DNA of 60,458 nucleotides. Origin: an uncultured Desulfobacteraceae bacterium (GTDB taxonomy: Bacteria; Desulfobacterota; Desulfobacteria; Desulfobacterales; BuS5). Each line of letters opens with the position of its first letter. Positions within the stretch are counted from its first letter, which is position 1. A program made the position numbers and the translations under genes. The stretch lies in contig CAYZXU010000002.1 of assembly GCA_964482535.1 (NCBI GenBank), forward strand, positions 1-60,458, in the 5' to 3' direction. The notes below the pieces were generated by a model. The model saw only the letters and a program-made list of their open reading frames with translations. It had not been told where the DNA came from and did not search any database. Below are positions 50,263-60,000 of the stretch, one piece after another.

Positions 50263-50361
50263 TATGTTGGTTCTATGAAATATTTTTTTTGTCTTTTTGG
50301 CAAATTTGGTATATTTATTATTAACTTAGACAGAGCATGACAAAACTAAAGAGGAAAAGCA

Positions 50362-50700
50362 ATGACTGAAAAAATTGATAAAAAAAAACAGACAGACATT
50401 AAAGCAGAAGACAATGATGCCGGCAAAACAAAAATCAAGTGGGATGGATCAAAAATGGTCAGCAATTATGCCAATGTCTGCAATGTTACAAGCACAAGAG
50501 AAGAGTTTACAATGCTGTTTGGAACAAATCAGAGCTGGAATGCCGCCCAAACAGAACTTGTTGTTGAGTTAACCAATCGTTTAATCATGAATCCCTATGC
50601 AGCCAAACGTTTATCCATGATACTTGGCGGGGTTGTTAAAGAATATGAATCAAGGTTTGGTTCTCTTGAAATTAATGCTGGAGACGCGCCAAATAAATAA
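50362..50700 (+). CDS. DUF3467-family small protein
   Basis: 112 aa with AGAGGA 8 nt upstream of the ATG. YANVCNVTSTREEFTMLFG ... NRLIMNPYAAKRLSMILGGVVKEYESRFGSLEI fits the DUF3467 pattern (Y-x-N ... T-x-x-EF-x-x-x-F ... R-x-x-x-x-P-x-x-AKRL ... YE-x-x-FG-x-I). Confidence 0.65.
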   Translation: MTEKIDKKKQTDIKAEDNDAGKTKIKWDGSKMVSNYANVCNVTSTREEFTMLFGTNQSWNAAQTELVVELTNRLIMNPYAAKRLSMILGGVVKEYESRFGSLEINAGDAPNK

Positions 50701-50710
50701 GGGTTTTATC

Positions 50711-51322
50711 ATGAAAGTTGGTTTTTACCAGAAAGAGCAGAGCAATACACACTTTCTGGTGGCAAAACATCTTGATTATATTTCCTGTGAAGAACAAAAG
50801 TCGCTTTTTTTTCTAATTGAAGATTATCTTGCATTTAGAAAAAAAGCGGCTTTTTTTCTTGAAAGAAATTTTAAAGATATTTGCACAAAAAAATGTTATG
50901 AGAGTAGTCTCAGTGCATGCTGCCAGAAAGAGGGAATAGTAATTTTTTTTGCAGATTTTGTTATAAATGCGCTTTTTTCAAAAAAAGAAGATATTAATAA
51001 GTTAATCTGTCTGCTGGATATTGAAAGTAAGGGAAACAAATGTATCTATCTTGGTGAGGATGGATGCATGTGGGCTCTTAAGCCAATAGTCTGTGAGATG
51101 TTTCTTTGTAATCAGGCCCAAAAAAAGGTTTTTGAATCTGACTATAAGATTAAAGAAGAGTGGAATGAATTAAAAAAATGCCAAAAACTTTTTACCTGGC
51201 CTGACAGACCTGTGCTTTTTGATGAATTGGAAGATTATTTTATTAAAGCAGGGTTTTTTTCACCGCTTATGTATATGCATAACAGCCCGGGGCTTTTAAG
51301 GCTGAAAAAAAGATGGGCTTAA
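50711..51322 (+). CDS. Cys-rich hypothetical protein, YkgJ/CxxCxxCC-like cysteine-cluster family (tentative)
   Basis: ATG 50711 (MKVGFYQ...) lies 10 nt after the previous stop; the ORF-track start at 50624 overlaps the upstream gene. CTKKCYESSLSACCQKEG and KCIYLGEDGCMWALKPIVCEMFLC resemble the two Cys clusters of the zinc/iron-chelating YkgJ family. Confidence 0.45.
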   Translation: MKVGFYQKEQSNTHFLVAKHLDYISCEEQKSLFFLIEDYLAFRKKAAFFLERNFKDICTKKCYESSLSACCQKEGIVIFFADFVINALFSKKEDINKLICLLDIESKGNKCIYLGEDGCMWALKPIVCEMFLCNQAQKKVFESDYKIKEEWNELKKCQKLFTWPDRPVLFDELEDYFIKAGFFSPLMYMHNSPGLLRLKKRWA

Positions 51323-51361
51323 GAGCAAAAAAATAAAACACAGGATTATAACTTTAAGCAC

Positions 51362-52273
51362 ATGACATCATCACATGCATCGCTTTTAGATGATCAGATT
51401 GACCGATACTTAACCTGGCTGCTTGTTGAAAAAGGTCTTTCAAAAAATACCCTGGAATCATACAGTAATGATCTTCAAAGATATTTGCATTTTCTTAAAA
51501 AAGAAAATATTACTGATATTATCAACGCAGATGCATCGGTTATATTAAAACATCTTTTATCATTAAAAGATTCCGGCCTTGGTTCAAGTTCAAGGGCAAG
51601 ACATCTTGTAACTTTGAGGGGGTTTTACAGGTTTTTAGTTCAGGAAAAGGATATTAAACAGGATTATACAAAAATTCTGGATCTTCCCAAAAAAAGCATT
51701 AAGCTTCCTGATGTTTTATGTGTTGATGATGTGAAGCTTCTTTTAAATACCCCGAAAACAGATAAACCGGCCGGGGCGAGAGATGCGGCAATGTTAGAGT
51801 TGATCTATGCTGCGGGATTAAGGGTTTCAGAGCTTGTAAATTTAAAACTTAATGATATAAATCTTGAGGCCTGTTTTGTGAGAGTCATGGGCAAGGGTTC
51901 AAAAGAAAGAGTGGTTCCCATAGGTTCATACGCAAAAGGAAAGATTGAAAGCTATATAAAAACAGCGAGAACCACGCTGCTTAAAAACAATATCAGCTCT
52001 TATATGTTTGTTGCCCGAGCTGGAAAGCCCTTAACGAGGCAGGGTTTCTGGAAACTTCTCAAACGCTATGCAGATAAAACAGGGATTAAAAAAAATATTA
52101 CACCGCATACCTTAAGGCACTCTTTTGCAAGTCACCTTCTGGAGGGCGGCGCCAATTTAAGGGCGGTTCAGGTGATGCTTGGGCATGTGGATATTTCAAC
52201 TACCCAGATATACACACATGTTGCAAGGGAACACCTTAAAAAGATGCATAAAAAATATCATCCACGGGGTTAG
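51362..52273 (+). CDS. xerD: site-specific tyrosine recombinase XerD
   Basis: 303 aa. Motifs: LSKNTLESYSNDLQRYLHFL; ARDAAMLELIYAAGLRVSELVNLKLNDI; VMGKGSKERVVPIG; HTLRHSFASHLLEGGANLRAVQVMLGHVDISTTQIYTHV; and the XerD-type C-terminus HKKYHPRG. Confidence 0.85.
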   Translation: MTSSHASLLDDQIDRYLTWLLVEKGLSKNTLESYSNDLQRYLHFLKKENITDIINADASVILKHLLSLKDSGLGSSSRARHLVTLRGFYRFLVQEKDIKQDYTKILDLPKKSIKLPDVLCVDDVKLLLNTPKTDKPAGARDAAMLELIYAAGLRVSELVNLKLNDINLEACFVRVMGKGSKERVVPIGSYAKGKIESYIKTARTTLLKNNISSYMFVARAGKPLTRQGFWKLLKRYADKTGIKKNITPHTLRHSFASHLLEGGANLRAVQVMLGHVDISTTQIYTHVAREHLKKMHKKYHPRG

Positions 52274-52277
52274 TTTT

Positions 52278-52319
52278 GCCTGAACTAAAATGCTGTTCAG
52301 GCTGGTTTTGGGTTTTTTT
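52278..52319 (+). terminator. Rho-independent terminator after xerD
   Basis: The stem is GCCTGAAC (52278-52285) paired with GTTCAGGC (52295-52302), with a 9-nt loop. It is followed by TGGTTTTGGGTTTTTTT. Confidence 0.75.
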
Positions 52320-52355
52320 GCTTCCATTAATTTATTTGAGTGAAATTTTTAAAAT

Positions 52356-54005
52356 ATGATATGTACTGATAAAAAAACAGGTTTTTCCTGTTTCCTGAAA
52401 CAGGAAGATATATGTACGCCAGGATACAGCGCTGTAAAAGCGGCTATAAGACAGGTCTCACAACCTGTAATTCTTTTAAAAAATATTAACGGTGAGATGT
52501 GTGCTGCCAAATGCAGTATGCCGGTCGGTGGACAAGAACCGGGACAATATTCAAAAGAGTATTCGTTTTGCGCATATGTTCCGCCCCTTCATCCTGAAAA
52601 TTTTGGAGATTTGTTTTTTAAGAAAGCTTATAATCTTAAATATGCTTATATAATGGGTGCCATGGCAAACGGTATTACATCTGTTGAAATGGTGGAAAAT
52701 GCTGCCCATGCCGGGATGCTGGGAATTTTTGGCTCCGGAGGCCTAGATCTTGACAGTATAGAGGATGCTGTAATCAGGTTAAAGAAAAATTTGAAAAATC
52801 TTCCATTCGGGTTTAATCTTATTCACAGCCCGAATAATATAGAGCTTGAATCAAAAACGGTTGATCTTTATCTAAAACACGAAGTAAGACTCATAAGCGC
52901 TTCGGCATATATGGGTTTGACTCTTCCCTTAGTCAGGTTTCGGGTAAGTGGAATATATAAAGACAGCTCCGGAAAAATTGTTGCTCCAAACAGAATTATT
53001 GCTAAAGTGTCCAGAGTTGAGGTTGCAAAAAAGTTCCTTTCACCTCCACCTGAAAAGTTTCTGGATCAACTTGTTCACAATAATATGATAACAGGGCAGG
53101 AGGCATTGCTGGCATTATCTGTGCCCATGGCTGAGGATTTGACTGCTGAGGCGGATTCCGGAGGTCATACAGATAACCAGGCTGCCATATCATTATTGCC
53201 CACCATGCTGTCTCTTCGGGATGAGGTGGTTGAAAAGTTCAAGTACAGTATGCCCATATGCGTGGGTCTTGGAGGAGGAATAGCAACGCCCCATTCAACT
53301 GCCGCAGCTTTTGCAATGGGAGCGGCCTATGTTCTTACAGGGTCAATTAATCAGTCCTGTGTTGAAGCCGGAACATCTGAAACCGTTCGTCAAATGCTTT
53401 CGGAAACAAAGCAGGCCGATGTGGTTATGGCTCCGGCTGCTGACATGTTTGAGATGGGTGTAAAAGTTCAGGTTTTAAAACGCGGTACCATGTTTTCCAT
53501 GCGCAGCTCAAAGCTGTATGATTTTTATTCGCAGTATGACTGTTTTGAAAATATCCCTTTAAAGCAGAAAAAAATACTGGAAAGAGATTTTTTTCGAAGA
53601 AGTTTTGAAGAGGAATGGAATGAGACAAAAAATTATTTTTCAATGCATGATCCCAAGGTTATCAACAGGGCCGAAAAGGATGATAAATATAAAATGGCCC
53701 TTGTGTTCAGGGCATACCTGTGGCGCAGTTCACATTGGGCAATAACCGGTGATTTATCAAGAAAAATAGACTATCAGATATGGTGCGGTCCATCCATGGG
53801 CGCTTTTAATGAATGGGTTAAGGGAACATTTCTTGAAAAATATGAAAACAGAAAGGTCGTTGTTGTTGCAATGAATCTTCTTGCCGGCGCATCTGTTGTA
53901 ACCCGTGCAAACTGCCTGAAGAATCAAATAGATGTTTTTTCTGGTGATATGGGAAAATTTGCTCCTTTGAGGCTTAAGGAAATTAATAAGCTGCTTGGTT
54001 TTTAA
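52356..54005 (+). CDS. pfaD: PfaD-family enoyl reductase of a PUFA/polyketide synthase
   Basis: 549 aa. LKYAYIMGAMANGITSVEMVENAAHAGMLGIFGSGGL, EADSGGHTDN, ICVGLGGGIATP and the long C-terminal extension are typical of PfaD (an NPD-like, FMN-dependent ER). Confidence 0.8.
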   Translation: MICTDKKTGFSCFLKQEDICTPGYSAVKAAIRQVSQPVILLKNINGEMCAAKCSMPVGGQEPGQYSKEYSFCAYVPPLHPENFGDLFFKKAYNLKYAYIMGAMANGITSVEMVENAAHAGMLGIFGSGGLDLDSIEDAVIRLKKNLKNLPFGFNLIHSPNNIELESKTVDLYLKHEVRLISASAYMGLTLPLVRFRVSGIYKDSSGKIVAPNRIIAKVSRVEVAKKFLSPPPEKFLDQLVHNNMITGQEALLALSVPMAEDLTAEADSGGHTDNQAAISLLPTMLSLRDEVVEKFKYSMPICVGLGGGIATPHSTAAAFAMGAAYVLTGSINQSCVEAGTSETVRQMLSETKQADVVMAPAADMFEMGVKVQVLKRGTMFSMRSSKLYDFYSQYDCFENIPLKQKKILERDFFRRSFEEEWNETKNYFSMHDPKVINRAEKDDKYKMALVFRAYLWRSSHWAITGDLSRKIDYQIWCGPSMGAFNEWVKGTFLEKYENRKVVVVAMNLLAGASVVTRANCLKNQIDVFSGDMGKFAPLRLKEINKLLGF

Positions 54006-54028
54006 ATTATAAAAGAAAGCAATCTTAA

Positions 54029-57000
54029 GTGAAACATAAAAACGAATTAAAATATCAAAATACACCTGTTGCAATAATAGGAATGGAATGTTTTTTTCCT
54101 AAATCTTCGGATTTGAAAGAATACTGGCGTCTTCTTTATAATGGTGAAGACGGAATAACGGATATTCCTGAAACGCACTGGTCTCCTGAAGATTATTTTG
54201 ACAAAGACCAGGCAAGGCCGGATCATGTTTATGCAAAGCGCGGGGGATTTCTATCACCTGTAAAATTTGATCCCTTAGAATTCGGGATTCCTCCTTCTAA
54301 TCTTCAGGCAACTGATACTTCCCAGCTTCTGGCTCTGATTGCCGCTAAAAGGGCACTGGAAAAAGCCGGTTATGGGGGAGACAAAGAATTTAACAGGGAT
54401 AAAACAGGTGTAATAATAGGGGTGACAGGCACTCAGGAGCTTGTTATTCCTCTTGGGGCAAGACTTGGTTATCCAGTATGGCGCAAAGCTCTTGAAAATT
54501 CAGGGGTTGACCATGATAAAACCGAAGAAGTAATTAAGCGTATATCCGAATCGTATCTGCCGTGGCAGGAGAATTCATTTCCTGGTCTTTTGGGAAACGT
54601 TGTTGCCGGCAGAATCTGCAACCGCCTCAATCTGGGAGGCACTAACTGTGTTGTTGATGCTGCATGCGCCAGCTCAATGGCAGCTCTTAACATGGCGGTT
54701 ATGGAGCTTGTTTCAGGCAAAAGTGATATGGTTGTTACAGGAGGGGTGGATACTCTCAACGATATATTTATGCATATGTGTTTTGCAAAAACGCATATTC
54801 TTTCACCCTCAGGTGACATAAGGCCTTTTTCAAAAAATGCAGACGGCACTCTTCTTGGAGAAGGTGTCGGCATACTTGTTCTTAAACGGCTTGCTGACGC
54901 CAAAAAAGATGGAGACAGGATCTATGCTGTTATAAAAGGGATAGGCACCTCAAGTGACGGTAAATCCCAGAGTATTTATGCCCCAAATGCAAAGGGGCAG
55001 GCAAAGGCGCTTAGAGAGGCTTATGAAAATGCTGATGTTGATCCTGGAACTGTTGAACTTCTTGAAGCCCACGGAACAGGCACCATGGTTGGTGATCTTG
55101 TGGAATTTAATGCTGTTAAAGAAGTATTTGGCCAATCGGAAAACCAGTCAGAGAAAAAAAATAACTGGTGCGCAATAGGCTCGGTAAAGTCCATGATCGG
55201 CCATACAAAGGCAGCAGCAGGTTCTGCTGGTTTGATAAAGGCAGCTCTTTCTTTATACAACAAGGTCCTCCTGCCGACATTAAAGGCTGATGAGCCTGAT
55301 CCGAAACTTGAAATTGATAAATCTCCCTTTTATATCAATTCAGAATCAAGACCATGGTTTTCTAAAAATGGCAATCCCCGCAGGGCTGGAATCAGCTCAT
55401 TCGGATTCGGAGGAAGTAATTTCCATGTAATCATGGAAGAATATCTGAGAGACAAAGAAGAGGTTTTATGCGCATCAAAAGTTGAAATTATATCATTTTC
55501 TTCATCATCATTAGAGGGACTTAAAAACGACATATCAGAATTTAAAAAACTAACTGTCCAATCTTTTTCTAAAAACTTTTTTGCTGAAAAAACCTTTGAA
55601 ACAAGAAAGAATTTTTCTTCAAAGGATCCATACAGGCTTCTTATAACTGTAAAATCCCTGTCTGAAACAGATGAAGATCTATCCCTGTCTCTGGAACAGC
55701 TTTTTGACGAAGCATCAGCGCTTATGGAAAAAATTGGCCTGGAAGGTAAAAGCATTTTAAATACAGATAATGTTTTTTTGGGTTGTGGCAAGCCTTCAGA
55801 AAAAATTGCCTTTGTTTTTCCAGGTCAGGGGAGTCAGTATGTTAACATGGGAAGGGATATTATATGCTCTTTTCCTGAGTCATTTAAGGCGATTGAAACA
55901 GCCAACAGCATATGTGGCAAACAGGCGAACGCAAACTTTTTAATAAGCGACTTTATCTTTCCACGGTTGTCAAAAAGTAAAAAAGAGACTGAAAAACAAA
56001 AAACAAGGCTCCAAAAAACAGATATTGCCCAGCCAGCAATCGGAGCTGTAAGTCTTGCAATGCTTAAAATCTTGCAAAGATTCGGCATTAAACCTGATGC
56101 CGTATGCGGCCACAGTTTCGGAGAATTAACAGCACTTTGCGCTGCCGGATGGATTGATGAAGAGACATTCTTGAACCTTGCAGCTATTCGTGGAAAATTG
56201 ATGGCCGATGCCGGCAAAAGTAATGAAGTAAATAACGGTGCAATGCTGGCAGTAAATGCACCCCTTGATGAGCTTGAAAAACTCGTTGCGGGCATGGACA
56301 ACAGGCTGATAATAGCAAATAGAAACAGCCCTCGCCAGGGAGTATTATCAGGCTCTTTAAATTATATTGAAGAGGCCCAAAAGATATGCCTTAAAAAAGG
56401 ATTTTCTGCAATAAGACTTCCTGTTTCAGCAGCATTTCACAGCAGTCTTGTTGAGGAGGCAGCCAAACCTTTTGGGGATGCCGTAAATAATTTTAATATT
56501 ATACCGACTGATATGCCTGTTTTTTCAAATACTACAGCCGGCATGTACCCTGCTGATTCCAGCAAAGCACGAGCACTTCTTGCAAATCAGATTTTGTCTC
56601 CTGTGAATTTTACAGAAGAAATTGAAAATTTATACACATTCGGTATTAATACTTTTGTGGAGGTGGGGCCTAAACCTGTTTTATCGGGTCTTATAAAATC
56701 AATATTAAGAGGCAGAGATTGCCATATAATTTCCTTAGATTCTTCTTCCGGTAAAGATTCAGGTATTGCAGATATCGCAAGAGCCCTTTGTATGATTGCT
56801 TCCACCGGCAGCCAGGTTGATCTAAAAAAGTGGGAATGCCCGATTGGGTCGGATTTGGCATCATTAAATCAGGTTAAACCGGTTAATAATGCTAAGGGGA
56901 AGATGGCTGTGCAGGTTTCAGGTGCAAATTTTAAAGTGCCAACTAAAAACAATCAGGATAAAGTGGAAAATTATAAGAATAAAAATTTTACTCCTCAAGC

Positions 57001-60000
57001 TGTGGAGAGCTCTAAAGAACCGGAAATTGGTGGTGTCATGTATAAAGATAAAAAGGATTCAGACCATAATATTATAGACTCATTAAAGCTTGTGAGGGAA
57101 GGCATGGACGCAATCTGTTCAATACAGATGCAGACAGCGGAAACTCACAAGAAATTTTTGGAAACCCAGGCTGAAGCAAGCCGTACTTTGCATGAAATGA
57201 TGGAAAGCGTAAGGAGTATTACAGAAACTTCTTCCGGAGCCGACAATAAAAAAGATATTTTTGAAAAAAAGGAGATTTTTATTCCGGATAATTTGACTGC
57301 TCAGGCTTTGGAAGTAAAACCGGAACCTGCAGAAAGCCTAAAAGCCATTTCTGTTAAAGATGAGGTTAAGGTTGACCCTGAAGAGGCCGAAAAAGCAGAA
57401 AAAGTTCAGGATATTATAACCGGAGTTGTTTCGGAACTTACAGGCTATCCTCCCGAGATGCTTGAACCTGATATGGATATAGAGACGGATCTTGGCATAG
57501 ATTCAATAAAGAGGGTGGAGATATTTTCATTATTGGAAGAAAAGATGCCTGGCCTTCCCTCGGTTTCACCTGAAGATATGGGCAGTATAAAAACCCTGGG
57601 CCAGATAGCCGAATATTTAAAAAGCAGTTCCGGCAGTAAAGATGCCGGCTTAGAATATACAGACTTAGATTCAGAAGAAGGCAGGTCTAAAAAAATAAAG
57701 GCTGAAACCAAAGATCCAAAAGCAGAACCTGAATCAGAAAAAGTTCAGGATATTATAACCGGAGTTGTTTCTCAGCTCACAGGCTATCCTCCCGAGATGC
57801 TTGAACCTGATATGGATATAGAGACGGATCTTGGCATAGATTCAATAAAGAGGGTGGAGATATTTTCATTATTGGAAGAAAAGATGCCTGGTCTTCCCTC
57901 GGTTTCACCTGAAGATATGGGCAGTATAAAAACCCTGGGTCAGATAGCCGAATATTTAAAAAGCAGTTCAGATTATAAACAAACCGGTTTAAAAGAAAGC
58001 GGGCAGGAAAACATTGAGGAAGTAAAAAATCTGAAAAATATAAGTAAGGAAGAGATAAATGAAGCAAGTCTCGATTCTGCTGAATCTGTTTCAGATTTAA
58101 TAGACAGAAAAAAAGTTTGCCTTGTTGAAACTCCTCTAAAAGCAGGAAAGAGTATAACTATTCCGGCAGACAAAAAGATTTTTATCACAGATGACAAGGC
58201 AGGACTTTCCCTGTCCATAGCTGATGAGCTTGCTCTTTTAAACATAAATACCGTTGTGATATCCCATGATATATTAAAGTATAGAAAAGATTTTCCCAAA
58301 GCCGCAGGCCTTATACTTATTCCTAAAAAAATGGACGCAGGCCCAGATTATGATCCAGATAATGACCCAGATAATAACCCAGATAAAAAGCATGAAGAAT
58401 TTCTTAAAAATGTTTTTATGCTTACAAGCCATATTGCAGGGGATTTAATAAAATCGGCAAAAAATGGCGGGGCGGTATTTGCCACAATAACCGGACTGGA
58501 CGGTGCGTTTGGCTTTAAAGGAGGAGCTGTTTTAAGCCCTGTATCAGGTGGACTTGCAGGCCTTGCCAAGACAGCTTCAATTGAATGGGAACAGGTTTCA
58601 TGCCATGCACTGGATATAGATCCGGCATGGAAAAACAACAGGGAAATTGCAAAGGCAGTTGTCGCAGAAATATTGAATGACAGTTTAGAAAACGGTATTG
58701 AAACAGGACTTGGGCAAAACATAAGGTATAAGTTAAAGCTTCAGTCTGCTCCCTATGCTGATTCCGAGAGTGTCCAGGCAGAAACTGCTCTAAATCCTGG
58801 CGAACCGGTTGTTATAACAGGCGGCGCAAGGGGCATTACCGCAAACTGCGCATTTGCCCTTGCAAAATATGAACGCCCTGTACTCGTTCTTATTGGACGT
58901 TCTCCTGCTTTATTCCCTGAGCCTGAATGGCTTGCCCCTTTGGATGATAAAGGGTTAATTAAAAAAGCCATATTGGAAAATGAAAAACCTGTAACTCCTG
59001 CTGAGCTTGAAAAATTATATGCAAGGTATATGGCAAACAGGGAAATAGCAAAGAATATAAAAATGTTAAAATCAATGGGAGAAAAGGTTTATTACTATTC
59101 TGCCGACATACGCGATTATGACCGCATATCTGTTATATTCAATGAGGTGCGAGACCTGCATGGCCCAATCAAAGGAATAATCCACGGCGCAGGTGTTCTT
59201 GAAGACAGGTTGATAACAGATAAAACAAAAGAGCAGTATGAAAAAGTTTTCAGCACCAAGGTGGATGGATTAAGAGCGCTTCTTGCTGCTGCAAAAGATG
59301 ATGATTTAAAATATCTTATACTTTTTTCTTCAATAAGCGCCAGAGTAGGCAACATGGGGCAGGCCGATTATGCAATGGCAAATGAGGTTTTAAATAAAAT
59401 TGCTCACCGGGAATCGAATCTCAGGTCAGGCTGCAGGGTTGTTTCCATTAACTGGGGGCCCTGGGATGGCGGTATGGTATCTGATACCTTAAAAAATGAA
59501 TTTAAAAAAAATAATATTGGCATGATTCCTGTTGATACAGGAGCAATGTGCATGCTTTATGAAATGAAAAGGCAAAGTGTAAAATCGGATAATCAGAATC
59601 CTGAAGTAGTTATAGGAGCAAAATCTTTTTCTAAAGATGAAGCTTATCAGGAGAACTCTCATTATTTTAAAGGCTCCCGAACTTCAGAAAAACAACCTGA
59701 TAATTTTAAGCCCGTTGGCGGTAATAATAATCTTTCTCTTATAATTAAGCGTGAGATTGATGTGAACAGCTATCCTGTTTTAAAGTCTCATGTTCTTGGG
59801 GGCAGACCGGTTGTGCCTTTTGCTCTTATGACCGAATGGATCAGCCATAGTGCACTTCATGAAAATCCCGGTCTTTTACTCTATGGCATTGACGATATGC
59901 GGATTTTAAAAGGGATTGCCCTGGAGAAAAAAAATGGTCACAGGAAAAAACTTGTCCATATGTTCACGGGAAAGGCTGTAAAAAAAGGTTTATTTTTTGA

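Noticed and set aside
10774-49596. There are dozens of long ORFs on the minus strand, and off-frame on the plus strand, inside the giant gene. Examples are 14473..15111, 15307..15954, 20619..21437, 22765..23433, 32662..33246, 44083..44616, 44740..45342 and 45595..46131.
   Set aside because: They lie wholly inside a 40.7-kb ORF with strong protein-family signal. Their translations are low-complexity (Pro/Ser/Thr/Val or Arg/Gly-rich) mirror images of Gly/Ala/Asp-rich repeats. GC-rich repetitive coding sequence depletes stop codons on the other frames.
50263-50361. An intrinsic terminator after the giant gene.
   Set aside because: A T8 run (about 50284-50291) is present, but I could not find a convincing GC-rich stem upstream of it.
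51362-52273. The tyrosine recombinase, considered as the integrase of a genomic island carrying the giant gene.
   Set aside because: The sequence has the full XerD signature, including the HPRG C-terminus. No adjacent tRNA, att-like direct repeats or phage/ICE genes were seen. It is most simply the chromosomal dimer-resolution xerD.
52356-59355. Minus-strand ORFs inside pfaD and pfaA (e.g. 53757..54074, 54469..54903, 55330..55791, 55834..56301, 58348..58722). Also the internal off-frame ORFs 876..1064 and 50375..50572.
   Set aside because: They are antisense or off-frame overlaps of well-supported genes and carry no independent signal.
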